Position numbers and translations under genes: made by a program
Shown: piece by piece, positions 18,509 to 27,597 of the stretch
How the letters are laid out: each line of letters begins with the position of its first letter
Numbering within the stretch: position 1 is the first letter of the stretch
From: Alphaproteobacteria bacterium
GTDB taxonomy: Bacteria > Pseudomonadota > Alphaproteobacteria > CAAHEQ01 > UBA3637
Assembly (NCBI GenBank): GCA_045655105.1
Contig: JAZOOQ010000006.1
Location: 408 to 64,407, forward strand
Direction of reading: 5' to 3'
DNA length: 64,000 nt
The notes under the pieces: model-generated
Told to the model about the DNA's origin: nothing
Database searches by the model: none
Seen by the model: the letters and a program-made list of their open reading frames with translations, nothing else

Positions 18509-18646
18509 TGGTGATCCCAACTCGATTGACCTCATTTCATTCGGTCGCACGGGCGCTCATTCGCTTCGCTCACCGGCGTTCTTCCGCCCGCCTCTCGCTT
18601 GTAGTCGAACTCTCTTTACAAGTTCAAATCTCTCAGACTATTCTAC
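18509..18646 (-). other. GC-rich structured element (A), possible small RNA of unknown class
   Basis: About 138 nt, much more GC-rich than its surroundings. Lies between the tRNA-Glu terminator and its own terminator. The minus-strand 3' end reads GGGATCACCA. The 5' GATTTGAACT can pair with the 3' AGTTGGGATC. Confidence 0.4.
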
Positions 18647-18651
18647 AAAAT

Positions 18652-18680
18652 AAAAAAGACACCTTTAGGTGCCTTTTTTA
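18652..18680 (-). terminator. Terminator after tRNA-Glu
   Basis: Minus strand GGCACC-TAAA-GGTGTC followed by a T-run. Confidence 0.7.
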
Positions 18681-18686
18681 CTTTGT

Positions 18687-18761
18687 TGGTGACCCTAACG
18701 GGACTCGAACCCGTGTACCAACCTTGAGAGGGTTGTATCCTAACCACTAGATGATAGGGTC
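18687..18761 (-). tRNA. tRNA-Glu (anticodon CUC), CCA encoded
   Basis: Hand-folded cloverleaf: acceptor GACCCTA/TAGGGTC, D-arm ATCT..GGAT, anticodon stem CAACC/GGTTG with loop CTCTCAA, 4-nt variable loop, T-arm ACGGG-TTCGAGT-CCCGT, discriminator A plus CCA. Confidence 0.85.
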
Positions 18762-18889
18762 TTTGTGTAGAAATATCTAACATATTTTTGGTTAAATTGC
18801 AATTAAAAAATAATCTAGAAAAGATAAGTGTTTTTATGAATAGAATTCAATTTATAAATTTAGAAAGTATTTTCGTTTAAAAATATAAC

Positions 18890-18921
18890 AAAAAAACAAC
18901 CCGAAATTTTCGGGTTGTTTT
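18890..18921 (-). terminator. Terminator after rne
   Basis: AACAACCCGAAA / TTTCGGGTTGTT hairpin with a T-run on the minus strand. Confidence 0.8.
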
Positions 18922-18939
18922 AAAAGTTTTTTAAAAAGA

Positions 18940-21273
18940 TTATTGGTTAACTAATTTATTCCACCAACCTTTTTTTCTTTCACCAGTTGGGTCTGTGTTA
19001 TTTTCTGTTTCTTGAGCTGGCTTCTTTGAGGGTTCAACATCTTTTTTTTCAGATTTTGGATTTGTTCTTTTTTTACTTGTTTGTGTTTTATCCTCTTTTT
19101 TTAAGACTGGTGTTTCTTTTTCTTTTTCTTTTTTAGAAGCTGATTTTGGTTCACTGTTATTTTTATTTTCTTTAGGCGCTTTTTGTTCTGGCTTGTTTTC
19201 TTTTTTAGGTGCCTTTTTTTTGCCTTTAGATGTTGAGTTTTGTTTTTGTTCTTTACCATCTATATTATTTTCAGGTAAAGATGTTTTTGTTTCTGGTTTT
19301 TCTTCAGCTTTAAATTCAGAAAAATCTTTTTGTTCAACAACAGTAAATTTTTCTTCTGTATTGAGAGGTTGATTTTCCATTTCTTCAGCAGCTTGGCGTT
19401 GTTTCATTCTGGCAAGCATACGTTTTTCTTTTCGTCTTTTTCTCCATTCGCTACGACGTTTATTTTTGTTTTTCTTTTCTGGATTTGTTTCTGTTTGTTC
19501 AACAACTTCAGGTTCCTTTACTTCTTTTTGAACTGGTTCTGTTGGTTGTTGTTTTTTATGATCTTTATCAAATGGTACACGTAAGAAATCTTGTTTCTTT
19601 TTTTCTTTTTGCTCATAACGAGCAGAAGCATGTAAATTTACGTGTAAACGTTCACCATCTTCACGGATTCTTTCTAATTTATAATCAGAAGAGCGCAATA
19701 ATGTTTCATCAGGGATGATTTGAATGTTGACGCTATATTTTGTTTCTAAAGCAACTAAGTGTGATCTTTTCACATTTAAAAGATATGTAGCAACATTTTG
19801 AGGTAAAGAAATTAAAAGTTTATTGCTACTATTTTTAAATGCTGCTTCTTCCAAAATATGTAAGGCATGCATGGCACAAGATTCAACAGAACGAATAACG
19901 CCTTTTCCACCACAATGCAGACATGGTTGATAGCTGCTTTCTAAAAAGCTTGAGTGTAAGCGTTGTCGAGACATTTCAACTAAGCCAAACCCAGACATTT
20001 TGCCAACTTGAATGCGGGCTCTGTCTTTTTTCAATGCTTCTTTTAAGCGGCGTTCAACAGCAGCATTGTTTTTAGCTTCTTCCATATCAATGAAATCGAT
20101 AACGATAAGGCCTGCCATATCGCGTAAGCGCAATTGTCTGGCAAGTTCATCGCAAGTTTCAAGATTTGTTCTTAATGCAGTTTCTTCAATATCGTGTTCT
20201 TTTGTTGCTCTACCTGAGTTAACATCAACAGCAACTAAAGCTTCTGTTTGATCAATAACCAAGTAACCGCCCGATTTAAGTTGAACAATATTGTTATGAA
20301 TGCTTTCAAGTTGTTGTTCAATTTGATGGGCAACAAAAATAGGTTCTACCCCCTTGTATTGTTTAATTTTTTTAGCTTGAGCAGGCATTAACATTTTCAT
20401 AAATTCTTTAGCGGATTTGAAAACAGCTTCACCTTCTACCCAAATTTCTTCAATATCTGGAGTGAAAACATCTCTTAATGAACGTTTAACAATATCTCCT
20501 TCTTCATGAATCAATTTTGGTGCTAAAGATTCAAGGGTTTCTTCTCTGATTTTCATCCATGTTTTGATTAAGTAATCATAATCACGTTTGATTTCTGTTT
20601 TTGTTTTTCCTTGGCCTGCTGTGCGGATAATAACGCTCATCCCTTCAGGAATTGAAAATTTATCAATAATTGTTCGTAAGGCTTTTCTATCTTTTACATT
20701 GGTGATTTTTCTTGAAATGCCACCACCTTTTCCGTTATTTGGCATTAAAACGCTAAAGCGCCCTGCAAGTGATAAATAAGTTGTAAGTGCAGCGCCTTTG
20801 TTCCCTCGTTCTTCTTTCACAACTTGAACAAGCATTACTTGTCCTTGACGGATCACTTCTTGAATTTTATATTTTTTAATGAAAGAAGGATAAACTCTTG
20901 TTCGAACATCATTTTCTGTTTCTGAAACAACTTCAACATCAGAAGTGTTTTCATTTTCTTCTGTTGGTTCAACTTCATCTTCTGCTGCTTTTTTGAGCAT
21001 TGCTTTTAATGCTTCTCTATCCGCAACAGGAATTTGATAATAATCAGGGTGAATTTCACTAAAAGCTAAAAATCCATGACGGTTTCCACCATAATCAACG
21101 AAAGCAGCTTGCAATGATGGTTCAACACGAACAACTTTTGCTAAATAAATATTTCCTTTAATTTGTTTTTTTGTGGAAGTGTCGACATCTAATTCCTCCA
21201 CTCTTGAGTTTTCTGACACAACAACGCGGGTTTCTTCGGGATGTGTCGCATCGATAAGCATCTTTTTTGACAT
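18940..21273 (-). CDS. rne: Ribonuclease E
   Basis: Canonical catalytic N-terminal half (MLIDATHPEETRVVV, GNIYLAKVVRVEPSLQAAFVDYG, VIDFIDM) and a long Lys/Glu-rich low-complexity C-terminal tail. Confidence 0.95.
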   Translation of the reverse strand: MSKKMLIDATHPEETRVVVSENSRVEELDVDTSTKKQIKGNIYLAKVVRVEPSLQAAFVDYGGNRHGFLAFSEIHPDYYQIPVADREALKAMLKKAAEDEVEPTEENENTSDVEVVSETENDVRTRVYPSFIKKYKIQEVIRQGQVMLVQVVKEERGNKGAALTTYLSLAGRFSVLMPNNGKGGGISRKITNVKDRKALRTIIDKFSIPEGMSVIIRTAGQGKTKTEIKRDYDYLIKTWMKIREETLESLAPKLIHEEGDIVKRSLRDVFTPDIEEIWVEGEAVFKSAKEFMKMLMPAQAKKIKQYKGVEPIFVAHQIEQQLESIHNNIVQLKSGGYLVIDQTEALVAVDVNSGRATKEHDIEETALRTNLETCDELARQLRLRDMAGLIVIDFIDMEEAKNNAAVERRLKEALKKDRARIQVGKMSGFGLVEMSRQRLHSSFLESSYQPCLHCGGKGVIRSVESCAMHALHILEEAAFKNSSNKLLISLPQNVATYLLNVKRSHLVALETKYSVNIQIIPDETLLRSSDYKLERIREDGERLHVNLHASARYEQKEKKKQDFLRVPFDKDHKKQQPTEPVQKEVKEPEVVEQTETNPEKKNKNKRRSEWRKRRKEKRMLARMKQRQAAEEMENQPLNTEEKFTVVEQKDFSEFKAEEKPETKTSLPENNIDGKEQKQNSTSKGKKKAPKKENKPEQKAPKENKNNSEPKSASKKEKEKETPVLKKEDKTQTSKKRTNPKSEKKDVEPSKKPAQETENNTDPTGERKKGWWNKLVNQ

Positions 21274-21521
21274 AAAATAAATTCCTTTGATAATCTAAAA
21301 TAACGCGCATTCTGTTTAATAAAGAATGGCATTGTGGCAAAACATAATCCGATGTCCATCAGATAAAAAACATTCTGAAAATAATTTGACGTTGTAAAAG
21401 CACTCATTGCTAACCCATCGGATTAAAAAATAACTCTTGAGCAATCATTTTTGATTGCATTTTTCATTATATAGGTATAAAAGAAAATAAGCAAGTTTTT
21501 TTATACAAAAAATAAGGTCAT

Positions 21522-22721
21522 ATGAAAATTAAAACGTTTTTATTCTTTGTTTTAAGTATATTATTTGTTGTGAGCAATGCTTTTGCTACCACGATTTCTG
21601 ACGTGCGTCTTTCCACGTTTTCTAATGGAACGGGAAGAATTGTTGTTGAATCGGCGCAAAAAATTGACCCAAAAATTTTCACACTTGAAAATCCAAAAAG
21701 GTTGGTTTTAGATATTCCGAAAACAAATATATTATCATCTGTTTCAAAAAAAGATTTTAAAACGGGGGCTGTTGTTTCCAAAATTAGATTTGGAAAACCG
21801 CAAAAAGATGTGTCGAGAATTGTGGTTGATTTGGGTGAAAATATTTCAGAAAGCCATTTTACATTACCTCCAGAAAATAATAAAGGAATTTGGCGTTTTG
21901 TTTTAGATTTGAAACCAAGTAATCCTGTAAAAGGAACGGGTTATCAATCAACGGCTGCTGCAAAGGTTTTGTCAGATGCTTCTAAAGTTCAAAAACAAAC
22001 AGACAAACCATCTTTAAAAACACAAAGTGGTTTGTTACCATTTGGCAAATCTAAAAAAGTGGTTGTTTTAGATGCGGGGCACGGAGGTCAAGATCCTGGC
22101 GCTATTTCAAAAAATGGACATTTTGAAAAAGATTTAACGCTTAAAATGGCAAAAGAAACAAAGGCTCTTTTAGAAAAAGCTGGCTATAAAGTTGTTTTAA
22201 CAAGAGATAGAGATATTTTTATCACTCTTCGTGGTCGTGTAAAAAAAGCGCATGAAGCGAAAGCTGATTTGTTTATTTCTATTCATGCGGATAGTGCAAG
22301 AAACACTAAAGCAAGAGGCTTGTCAATTTATACAATTTCTGAAAAAGCATCAGATAAAGAAGCTGCAGCTTTGGCGGAACGCGAAAACAAATCAGATATT
22401 TTACTTGGGATGGATTTAGATGATTATCAACAAGAAGTAAGTTCTGTTTTGATTGATTTGGCAAAGCAAGATACCATGAAAGAATCTCGTGTATATGCAG
22501 ATTTAGTTGTTAAAGAAATGCAAAGAACAGTTCAGTTATTACCAAATGCACATCGTTTTGCTGGATTTGCTGTTTTGAAATCGCCAAATATTCCATCAGT
22601 TTTACTTGAAATGGGGTATATGTCTAATCGCCATGAAGAACGCGAAATGCAAAAAGCGGCATATCGCAAAAAATTAGGTCAGGCATTGGTTCGCGCTGTG
22701 GATGCTTATTTTGGAAGGTAA
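21522..22721 (+). CDS. amiC: N-acetylmuramoyl-L-alanine amidase with AMIN domain (AmiC type)
   Basis: Signal peptide, AMIN-like N-domain (RIVVESAQ ... RLVLDIP), amidase_3 motifs VVLDAGHGGQDPGA, SIHADS and LLEMGYMSN. Confidence 0.9.
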   Translation: MKIKTFLFFVLSILFVVSNAFATTISDVRLSTFSNGTGRIVVESAQKIDPKIFTLENPKRLVLDIPKTNILSSVSKKDFKTGAVVSKIRFGKPQKDVSRIVVDLGENISESHFTLPPENNKGIWRFVLDLKPSNPVKGTGYQSTAAAKVLSDASKVQKQTDKPSLKTQSGLLPFGKSKKVVVLDAGHGGQDPGAISKNGHFEKDLTLKMAKETKALLEKAGYKVVLTRDRDIFITLRGRVKKAHEAKADLFISIHADSARNTKARGLSIYTISEKASDKEAAALAERENKSDILLGMDLDDYQQEVSSVLIDLAKQDTMKESRVYADLVVKEMQRTVQLLPNAHRFAGFAVLKSPNIPSVLLEMGYMSNRHEEREMQKAAYRKKLGQALVRAVDAYFGR

Positions 22722-22920
22722 CGCATAATTTTTGAAAAATAAAAACGACTGTTAAATTTTTTATCATAGAAAAATAGGAATCTCAAAATAGAAGCAAATG
22801 ATAAATTAAGAAAGAATAACAGAGGAAAAAAAGAACAGCAAGAACAATCAAATCCATCTGTTTCAGCATCATTAAGAGCACGCAATATGGGGCGATAAAT
22901 TAACAAAATTTCTGTTAATA

Positions 22921-22948
22921 AAAAGGCGGTTTTGGACCGCCTTTTTTG
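22921..22948. terminator. Bidirectional terminator between amiC and pgm
   Basis: AAGGCGGT-TTTGG-ACCGCCTT with flanking A and T runs. Confidence 0.8.
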
Positions 22949-22962
22949 ATGTATATTTTCTC

Positions 22963-24591
22963 TTAAGTTATCACATTTGGAGCATCTTTTCCGGTATACT
23001 CCTTAATTTGCAAAATTTCATTTGCAGCAGCAATAAAATCAGTTAAAGCTTCAGTGGCTGGTTTATCAAATTGGGTTTGATCATTTGTTTCGCAAGCATA
23101 ATACATGCGAAGTGTTGCGCCACTGCTTCCCGTTCCAGATAAGCGAGAGAAAATGCGGCCATCTTCAAATTGAATAATATAGCCTTGATTATTTGCTGTA
23201 TCACCCGTAACAGGATCAACATAATCAAAAATGCTTGTTTCAACTACTTTATGTCCAAAAAATGTTTGCCCAATTAAACTTTCAAGCTTTTCTTTCAGGG
23301 CACTCATCATTTTTTGAGTTGGTTCAGATTCAAGGCCTTCATAGCTTTGCGTTGATGTGAAAACACGTCCATATTTATGCCATAAATTATAATTTAATTC
23401 TTCAACTGATTTTCCCGTGATGGCAATAATATTAAGCCAGAATAAAATAGCCCAGATGCCGTCTTTTTCACACAAGTGAAATGATCCAGTGCCAAAACTT
23501 TCTTCCCCGCATAAAGAGATTTTTTTTGCATTTAAAAGTGAGCTGAAAAATTTCCATCCAGTTGGCGTTGCATAAACAGGCAAGCCTTTTTTATCCATCA
23601 CTTTATCAACAGCGGGTGCCGTTGGCATAGATCTTGCCACACCAAAGAAATGGTTTTTATAAAAAGGAATTTGTTGCATATATTCGGCAATGACAGCCAA
23701 GCTATCTGAAGGAGCAACAAAAAACTTTTTCCCTAAAATCATATATCTGTCACCATCACCATCAGAGGCAGCTCCAAAATCAGGCGCATCATCTTGATAC
23801 ATTTTGTCAACAAAATGTTTTGCATATGTTAAATTAGGTTCTGGATGAAGTCCGCCAAAATCAGGTAAAGGTGTTTTGTTTAACACTGTTCCTTCTTCGG
23901 CGCCCAAAAGTGTTTCAAAAATATAGGATGCATAAGGACCTGTAACGGCATTTAAAGCATCATAAGACATTTTAAATCCGTTTTTAAAAAGATTTGATAT
24001 GGCTTCAAAATCAAAAATTTCTTGCATATAAGAGGCATAATCTCTAACTGAATCAACAACTTCAATAATTGTTGATCCAACAACTTGCTCGCCTATTTCT
24101 GAAAGCTTTATATCCCCAATATCAGCCATCCAATAATGATCAATCATTTTGGTTTGTTCGGTTATTTTATCTGAAATATTTTGTGGAGCAGGGGCTCCAT
24201 CTGCTGTGTCAAACTTAATGCCAAAATCGCCATTTGGACCACCGGGATTATGGCTGGCTGATAAAATAATGCCGCCAAAAGCTTTGCGTTTTACAATTAA
24301 ATGAGAAGTTGCAGGCGTTGATAAAATGCCATTTTGCCCAATGATTAAACGCCCAAATTGATTAGCAATAGCAATTTTAATAATTTTTTGAATGGCGATA
24401 TTATTGAAATAACGCCCGTCACCACCGATGACAAGCGTTTTTCCTTCAAACCCTTCTAATGAATTGAAAATAGATTGAACAAAATTTTCAAGATAATTTT
24501 CTTGCTTAACAATTGAAATCTTTTTTCTTAACCCGCTTGTGCCACATGTTTGATCAGCATAAGGCGAAGTTTTGATAGATTGAATGTTCAT
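22963..24591 (-). CDS. pgm: Phosphoglucomutase (alpha-D-glucose phosphate-specific)
   Basis: 542 aa. Active-site SASHNPGGPNGDFGIK, metal loop ASDGDGDR, sugar loop GEESFG. Confidence 0.92.
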   Translation of the reverse strand: MNIQSIKTSPYADQTCGTSGLRKKISIVKQENYLENFVQSIFNSLEGFEGKTLVIGGDGRYFNNIAIQKIIKIAIANQFGRLIIGQNGILSTPATSHLIVKRKAFGGIILSASHNPGGPNGDFGIKFDTADGAPAPQNISDKITEQTKMIDHYWMADIGDIKLSEIGEQVVGSTIIEVVDSVRDYASYMQEIFDFEAISNLFKNGFKMSYDALNAVTGPYASYIFETLLGAEEGTVLNKTPLPDFGGLHPEPNLTYAKHFVDKMYQDDAPDFGAASDGDGDRYMILGKKFFVAPSDSLAVIAEYMQQIPFYKNHFFGVARSMPTAPAVDKVMDKKGLPVYATPTGWKFFSSLLNAKKISLCGEESFGTGSFHLCEKDGIWAILFWLNIIAITGKSVEELNYNLWHKYGRVFTSTQSYEGLESEPTQKMMSALKEKLESLIGQTFFGHKVVETSIFDYVDPVTGDTANNQGYIIQFEDGRIFSRLSGTGSSGATLRMYYACETNDQTQFDKPATEALTDFIAAANEILQIKEYTGKDAPNVIT

Positions 24592-24621
24592 TTAGTCTCC
24601 TTGCAAAATGAAAAAATGTTA

Positions 24622-25428
24622 TTAAACATTTATATCATTTGCAGGGGCTGTTTGCAAGTCTCTTTGAAAAATATTTTGAAGAACATTAATGATTTCTTGA
24701 CGTCCACTCAAAGCAGATGGAGAGGTGTGCATATTCAAACCATTTTCTTTTAAATCCATCATTGTTAACCCTTTTAAGAACAATTCTCTATAAATCACAC
24801 GATCAGAAACACCTGCAGATAATGTGTAATGAATACGTCTTGAAAGAGCATTTAAAAGTGTTGTCATTAATTGAGAGTTTTTGCTCTTTGTGTAGGTTAA
24901 ACGATTGCGAACAATCAACCAATGAAGAGGTGGTTTGCGTTCAATCATGCGTTGTTGACGAGTTGACCAAACTTTTTGAGAAAAGTGACTTGGGCCTTTA
25001 ATGCGTAATGAGCCCGTGTCCACTTGAGCCAAAACATCAAGGTCAATTAAACTATCATTTAATGGCGTGATAAGTGTATCTGCTAAAACCATAGCTTCTT
25101 GAGAGTAATCGTTGCTGCTACCTGGGGTATCAACGATAATGAAATCAGCAGTTTCTTTTGCCTTTTCAATTTGGCCGCGAATGGTATAAATTTTTGCCAT
25201 TTCATCTGTCCAGTGTGTATGAACAGGCATTGGAATTGGAGTGCCCATGTTTTTTAAGAATTGTTCTCTGTTTTCAAGGTAGTGAGTAAGAGATCCTTGT
25301 GGATAATCTAAATCAAAAGAAACAACTTTTTTTCCAAGGCGCAATAAAGCAACAATAATATGCATGGCAAGGGTTGATTTTCCTGTGCCGCCCTTTTCAT
25401 TTGCGAATACGATTACATGAGCAGTCAT
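24622..25428 (-). CDS. mipZ: Division-plane positioning ATPase MipZ (ParA-like)
   Basis: Collinear with Caulobacter MipZ: NEKGGTGKST, DTPGSSN, NDSLIDLDVL, WLIVRNRL, DRVIYRELF. Confidence 0.85.
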   Translation of the reverse strand: MTAHVIVFANEKGGTGKSTLAMHIIVALLRLGKKVVSFDLDYPQGSLTHYLENREQFLKNMGTPIPMPVHTHWTDEMAKIYTIRGQIEKAKETADFIIVDTPGSSNDYSQEAMVLADTLITPLNDSLIDLDVLAQVDTGSLRIKGPSHFSQKVWSTRQQRMIERKPPLHWLIVRNRLTYTKSKNSQLMTTLLNALSRRIHYTLSAGVSDRVIYRELFLKGLTMMDLKENGLNMHTSPSALSGRQEIINVLQNIFQRDLQTAPANDINV

Positions 25429-25645
25429 TTTTTCTTTCCTTAAAATAAAGTGAACGAAATAAGCAATTGTTTATTAAAGTTAAAAAAAATGTTTTCCACA
25501 ATAAAGAAAACAATCGCTTATAACAATTTTTTTCAAATTTTTGTTATAAATATCATAATTTTTATTAAAAGTCAACAAGGATATTGAAAAAAGAAATAAC
25601 TTGTGATATGCACGAAAAAAAGAAGAAATAAGTTTTTGATAGCTT

Positions 25646-25673
25646 CTTGAATTTTAAATAAAACTGCTTATAT
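25646..25673 (+). promoter_or_regulatory. RpoH (sigma32)-type heat-shock promoter candidate for htpG
   Basis: CTTGAA (25646-25651) and CTTATAT (25667-25673). This fits the alphaproteobacterial CTTG-N17-CYTATNT pattern, about 30 nt upstream of the htpG ATG. Confidence 0.45.
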
Positions 25674-25701
25674 ATGTATGTATCAGATGAAAGGAAAAAA
25701 A

Positions 25702-27558
25702 ATGACAGAAGAAAAAATAGAATTTAAGGCCGAGGTTAGTAAGGTTTTAGATATTGTGATTCACTCTTTGTATTCGAATAAAGAGATTTTTTTAAGAGAA
25801 TTAATTTCAAATGCATCTGATGCTTCCGATAAGTTAAGATATGCCTTATTATTGCATCCTGAATTAGCATCAAAAACAGGTGAATTTAAAATTATTTTAT
25901 CCCCTGATAAATTGAATAAAACCTTAACAATTACCGATAATGGAATCGGTATGAATAAAGAAGATTTAATCAATCATTTGGGAACAATTGCAAGATCTGG
26001 TTCTGCTGAATTTATTAAATCATTAACAGGCAATAAACAAAAAGATATGGCGCTTATTGGCCAATTTGGTGTGGGATTTTATTCTGCCTTTATGGTTGCT
26101 GATAAAGTTACTGTTAAAACAAAAAAAGCAGGAGATGATAAAGGATACATTTGGGTGTCATCTGGTGCTGAGTCTTTTACAATTGAAGAAGATGATTCTT
26201 TGCCGATTGGAACAAGCATTATTCTTTCATTAAAACCAGATGATGAAGAGTTTTTAGAACCTATTCGTTTACGCCATTTGGTTCGTCAATATTCAGATCA
26301 TATTTCAATTCCAATTATTTTGAAAGAAGGCGCAAAAGAAGAAACAATTAACTCTGCAAGTGCTCTTTGGACGCGTTCAAAATCTGAAATTACAACAGAG
26401 CAATATAAAGATTTTTATCAATCTGTTTCTCATGCCTTTGATGAGCCATGGATGACAATGCATTATAAAGCAGAAGGAACGATTGATTATACAGCATTAT
26501 TATTTGTTCCAACAAAGCCTCCATTTAATCTTTTTCAACCTGACAGAAAATCAAATATTCAACTTTATGTGAATAGAGTTTTTATTTCTGATGATTTGCC
26601 AGAATTAATGCCATTTTTCTTAAGATTTATGACTGGTGTGATTGATACAAATGATTTGCCATTAAATGTATCTAGAGAAATGCTTCAAAAAACACCTGTG
26701 ATGCAAAAAATTAAAAAAGGCATTGTTAAACGTATTTTAAACGAGCTTAAAAAACGATCTGAAAATAAAGAAGATTATAAAAAGTTTTGGGATTCATTTG
26801 GTATTGTTTTTAAAGAAGGTTTGTATGAACCAATTGATGAAAGATTAGAAGTGGCGGATCTTTGCCGTTTTAATCAAACAAAAGGTGATGAATTAACAAG
26901 TTTTGATGAATATGTTTCTTCGATGAAAGAGGGCCAAGAAAATATTTATTATTTAACTGGAACAAATATTGAAGCTTTAAAAAATAATCCACAATTAGAA
27001 GGTTTTGCAGCACGCGGTATTAATGTTTTATTGCTTACAGATCCTATTGATGAATTTTGGATTCAAACATATACGGAACATAAAGGCAAAAAGATTGTTT
27101 CTGTTATGCATGCAGGGGCTGATATTGAAAAAATTAAATTAGAAAATGAACCAACAGAACAAGCTCTAGATAAAAGTAAAGAAAAGGAATTAATTAATCG
27201 AATTAAAGAAACTCTTAAAGAAAGCGTTAAAGATGTTCAAGTAACAGATCGATTAACAAAAAGCCCATTTGCGTTGATTACACCTGCAGGGGTTATGAGT
27301 TTGAATCTTGAACGTTTAATGAAAGCGCATGGGCAACAAATTGCTATGAATAGTGATCGTATTTTGGAAATTAATCCGCGTCATGAAGTGATTCATAAAT
27401 TGGCCGATATGTTGGATAAAAAAGAGATGGATGATAAAATAAATGATGCTATCTTAGTTTTATTTGATCAAACATTAATTGCTGAGGGTGAACCACTTAA
27501 AGATCCTGCGGCGTTTTCAAGAAGATTAACTTCATTTGTTTTAAGTGGTTTGGTTTAA
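25702..27558 (+). CDS. htpG: Molecular chaperone HtpG (Hsp90)
   Basis: HSLYSNKEIFLRELISNASDA, GQFGVGFYSAF, and full-length Hsp90 middle and C-terminal domains. Start trimmed to ATG 25702. Confidence 0.95.
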   Translation: MTEEKIEFKAEVSKVLDIVIHSLYSNKEIFLRELISNASDASDKLRYALLLHPELASKTGEFKIILSPDKLNKTLTITDNGIGMNKEDLINHLGTIARSGSAEFIKSLTGNKQKDMALIGQFGVGFYSAFMVADKVTVKTKKAGDDKGYIWVSSGAESFTIEEDDSLPIGTSIILSLKPDDEEFLEPIRLRHLVRQYSDHISIPIILKEGAKEETINSASALWTRSKSEITTEQYKDFYQSVSHAFDEPWMTMHYKAEGTIDYTALLFVPTKPPFNLFQPDRKSNIQLYVNRVFISDDLPELMPFFLRFMTGVIDTNDLPLNVSREMLQKTPVMQKIKKGIVKRILNELKKRSENKEDYKKFWDSFGIVFKEGLYEPIDERLEVADLCRFNQTKGDELTSFDEYVSSMKEGQENIYYLTGTNIEALKNNPQLEGFAARGINVLLLTDPIDEFWIQTYTEHKGKKIVSVMHAGADIEKIKLENEPTEQALDKSKEKELINRIKETLKESVKDVQVTDRLTKSPFALITPAGVMSLNLERLMKAHGQQIAMNSDRILEINPRHEVIHKLADMLDKKEMDDKINDAILVLFDQTLIAEGEPLKDPAAFSRRLTSFVLSGLV

Positions 27559-27565
27559 AAAATTG

Positions 27566-27594
27566 AGGCGCTTTAAAAAGCGCCTCTTTTTTTT
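27566..27594. terminator. Bidirectional terminator between htpG and recombinase copy 2
   Basis: GAGGCGCTTT / AAAGCGCCTC hairpin followed by T8. Confidence 0.8.
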
Positions 27595-27597
27595 ATC

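Noticed and set aside
18509-18646. Element A as a tRNA, tmRNA (including the two-piece alphaproteobacterial form) or SRP RNA
   Set aside because: It ends in ACCA, but no 5' strand complementary to TGGGATC exists. No T-arm (GTTCRANYC flanked by a 5-bp stem) can be drawn. The tmRNA hallmark ...CUCCACCA with a G-U pair is absent. A terminator follows directly, so no downstream coding piece exists. The SRP helix-8 motif (GGAA tetraloop with AGCA / GGAAG loops) does not fit.
18456-18750. Plus-strand ORFs 18456..18653 and 18499..18750 from the ORF track
   Set aside because: They run through the GC-rich RNA-like element, a terminator and the antisense strand of tRNA-Glu. They lack an RBS and have odd composition, so they are almost certainly not coding.
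22706-22906. 66-aa minus-strand ORF between amiC and pgm
   Set aside because: No RBS and an implausible Phe/Leu/Cys-rich sequence. It lies downstream of the pgm terminator.
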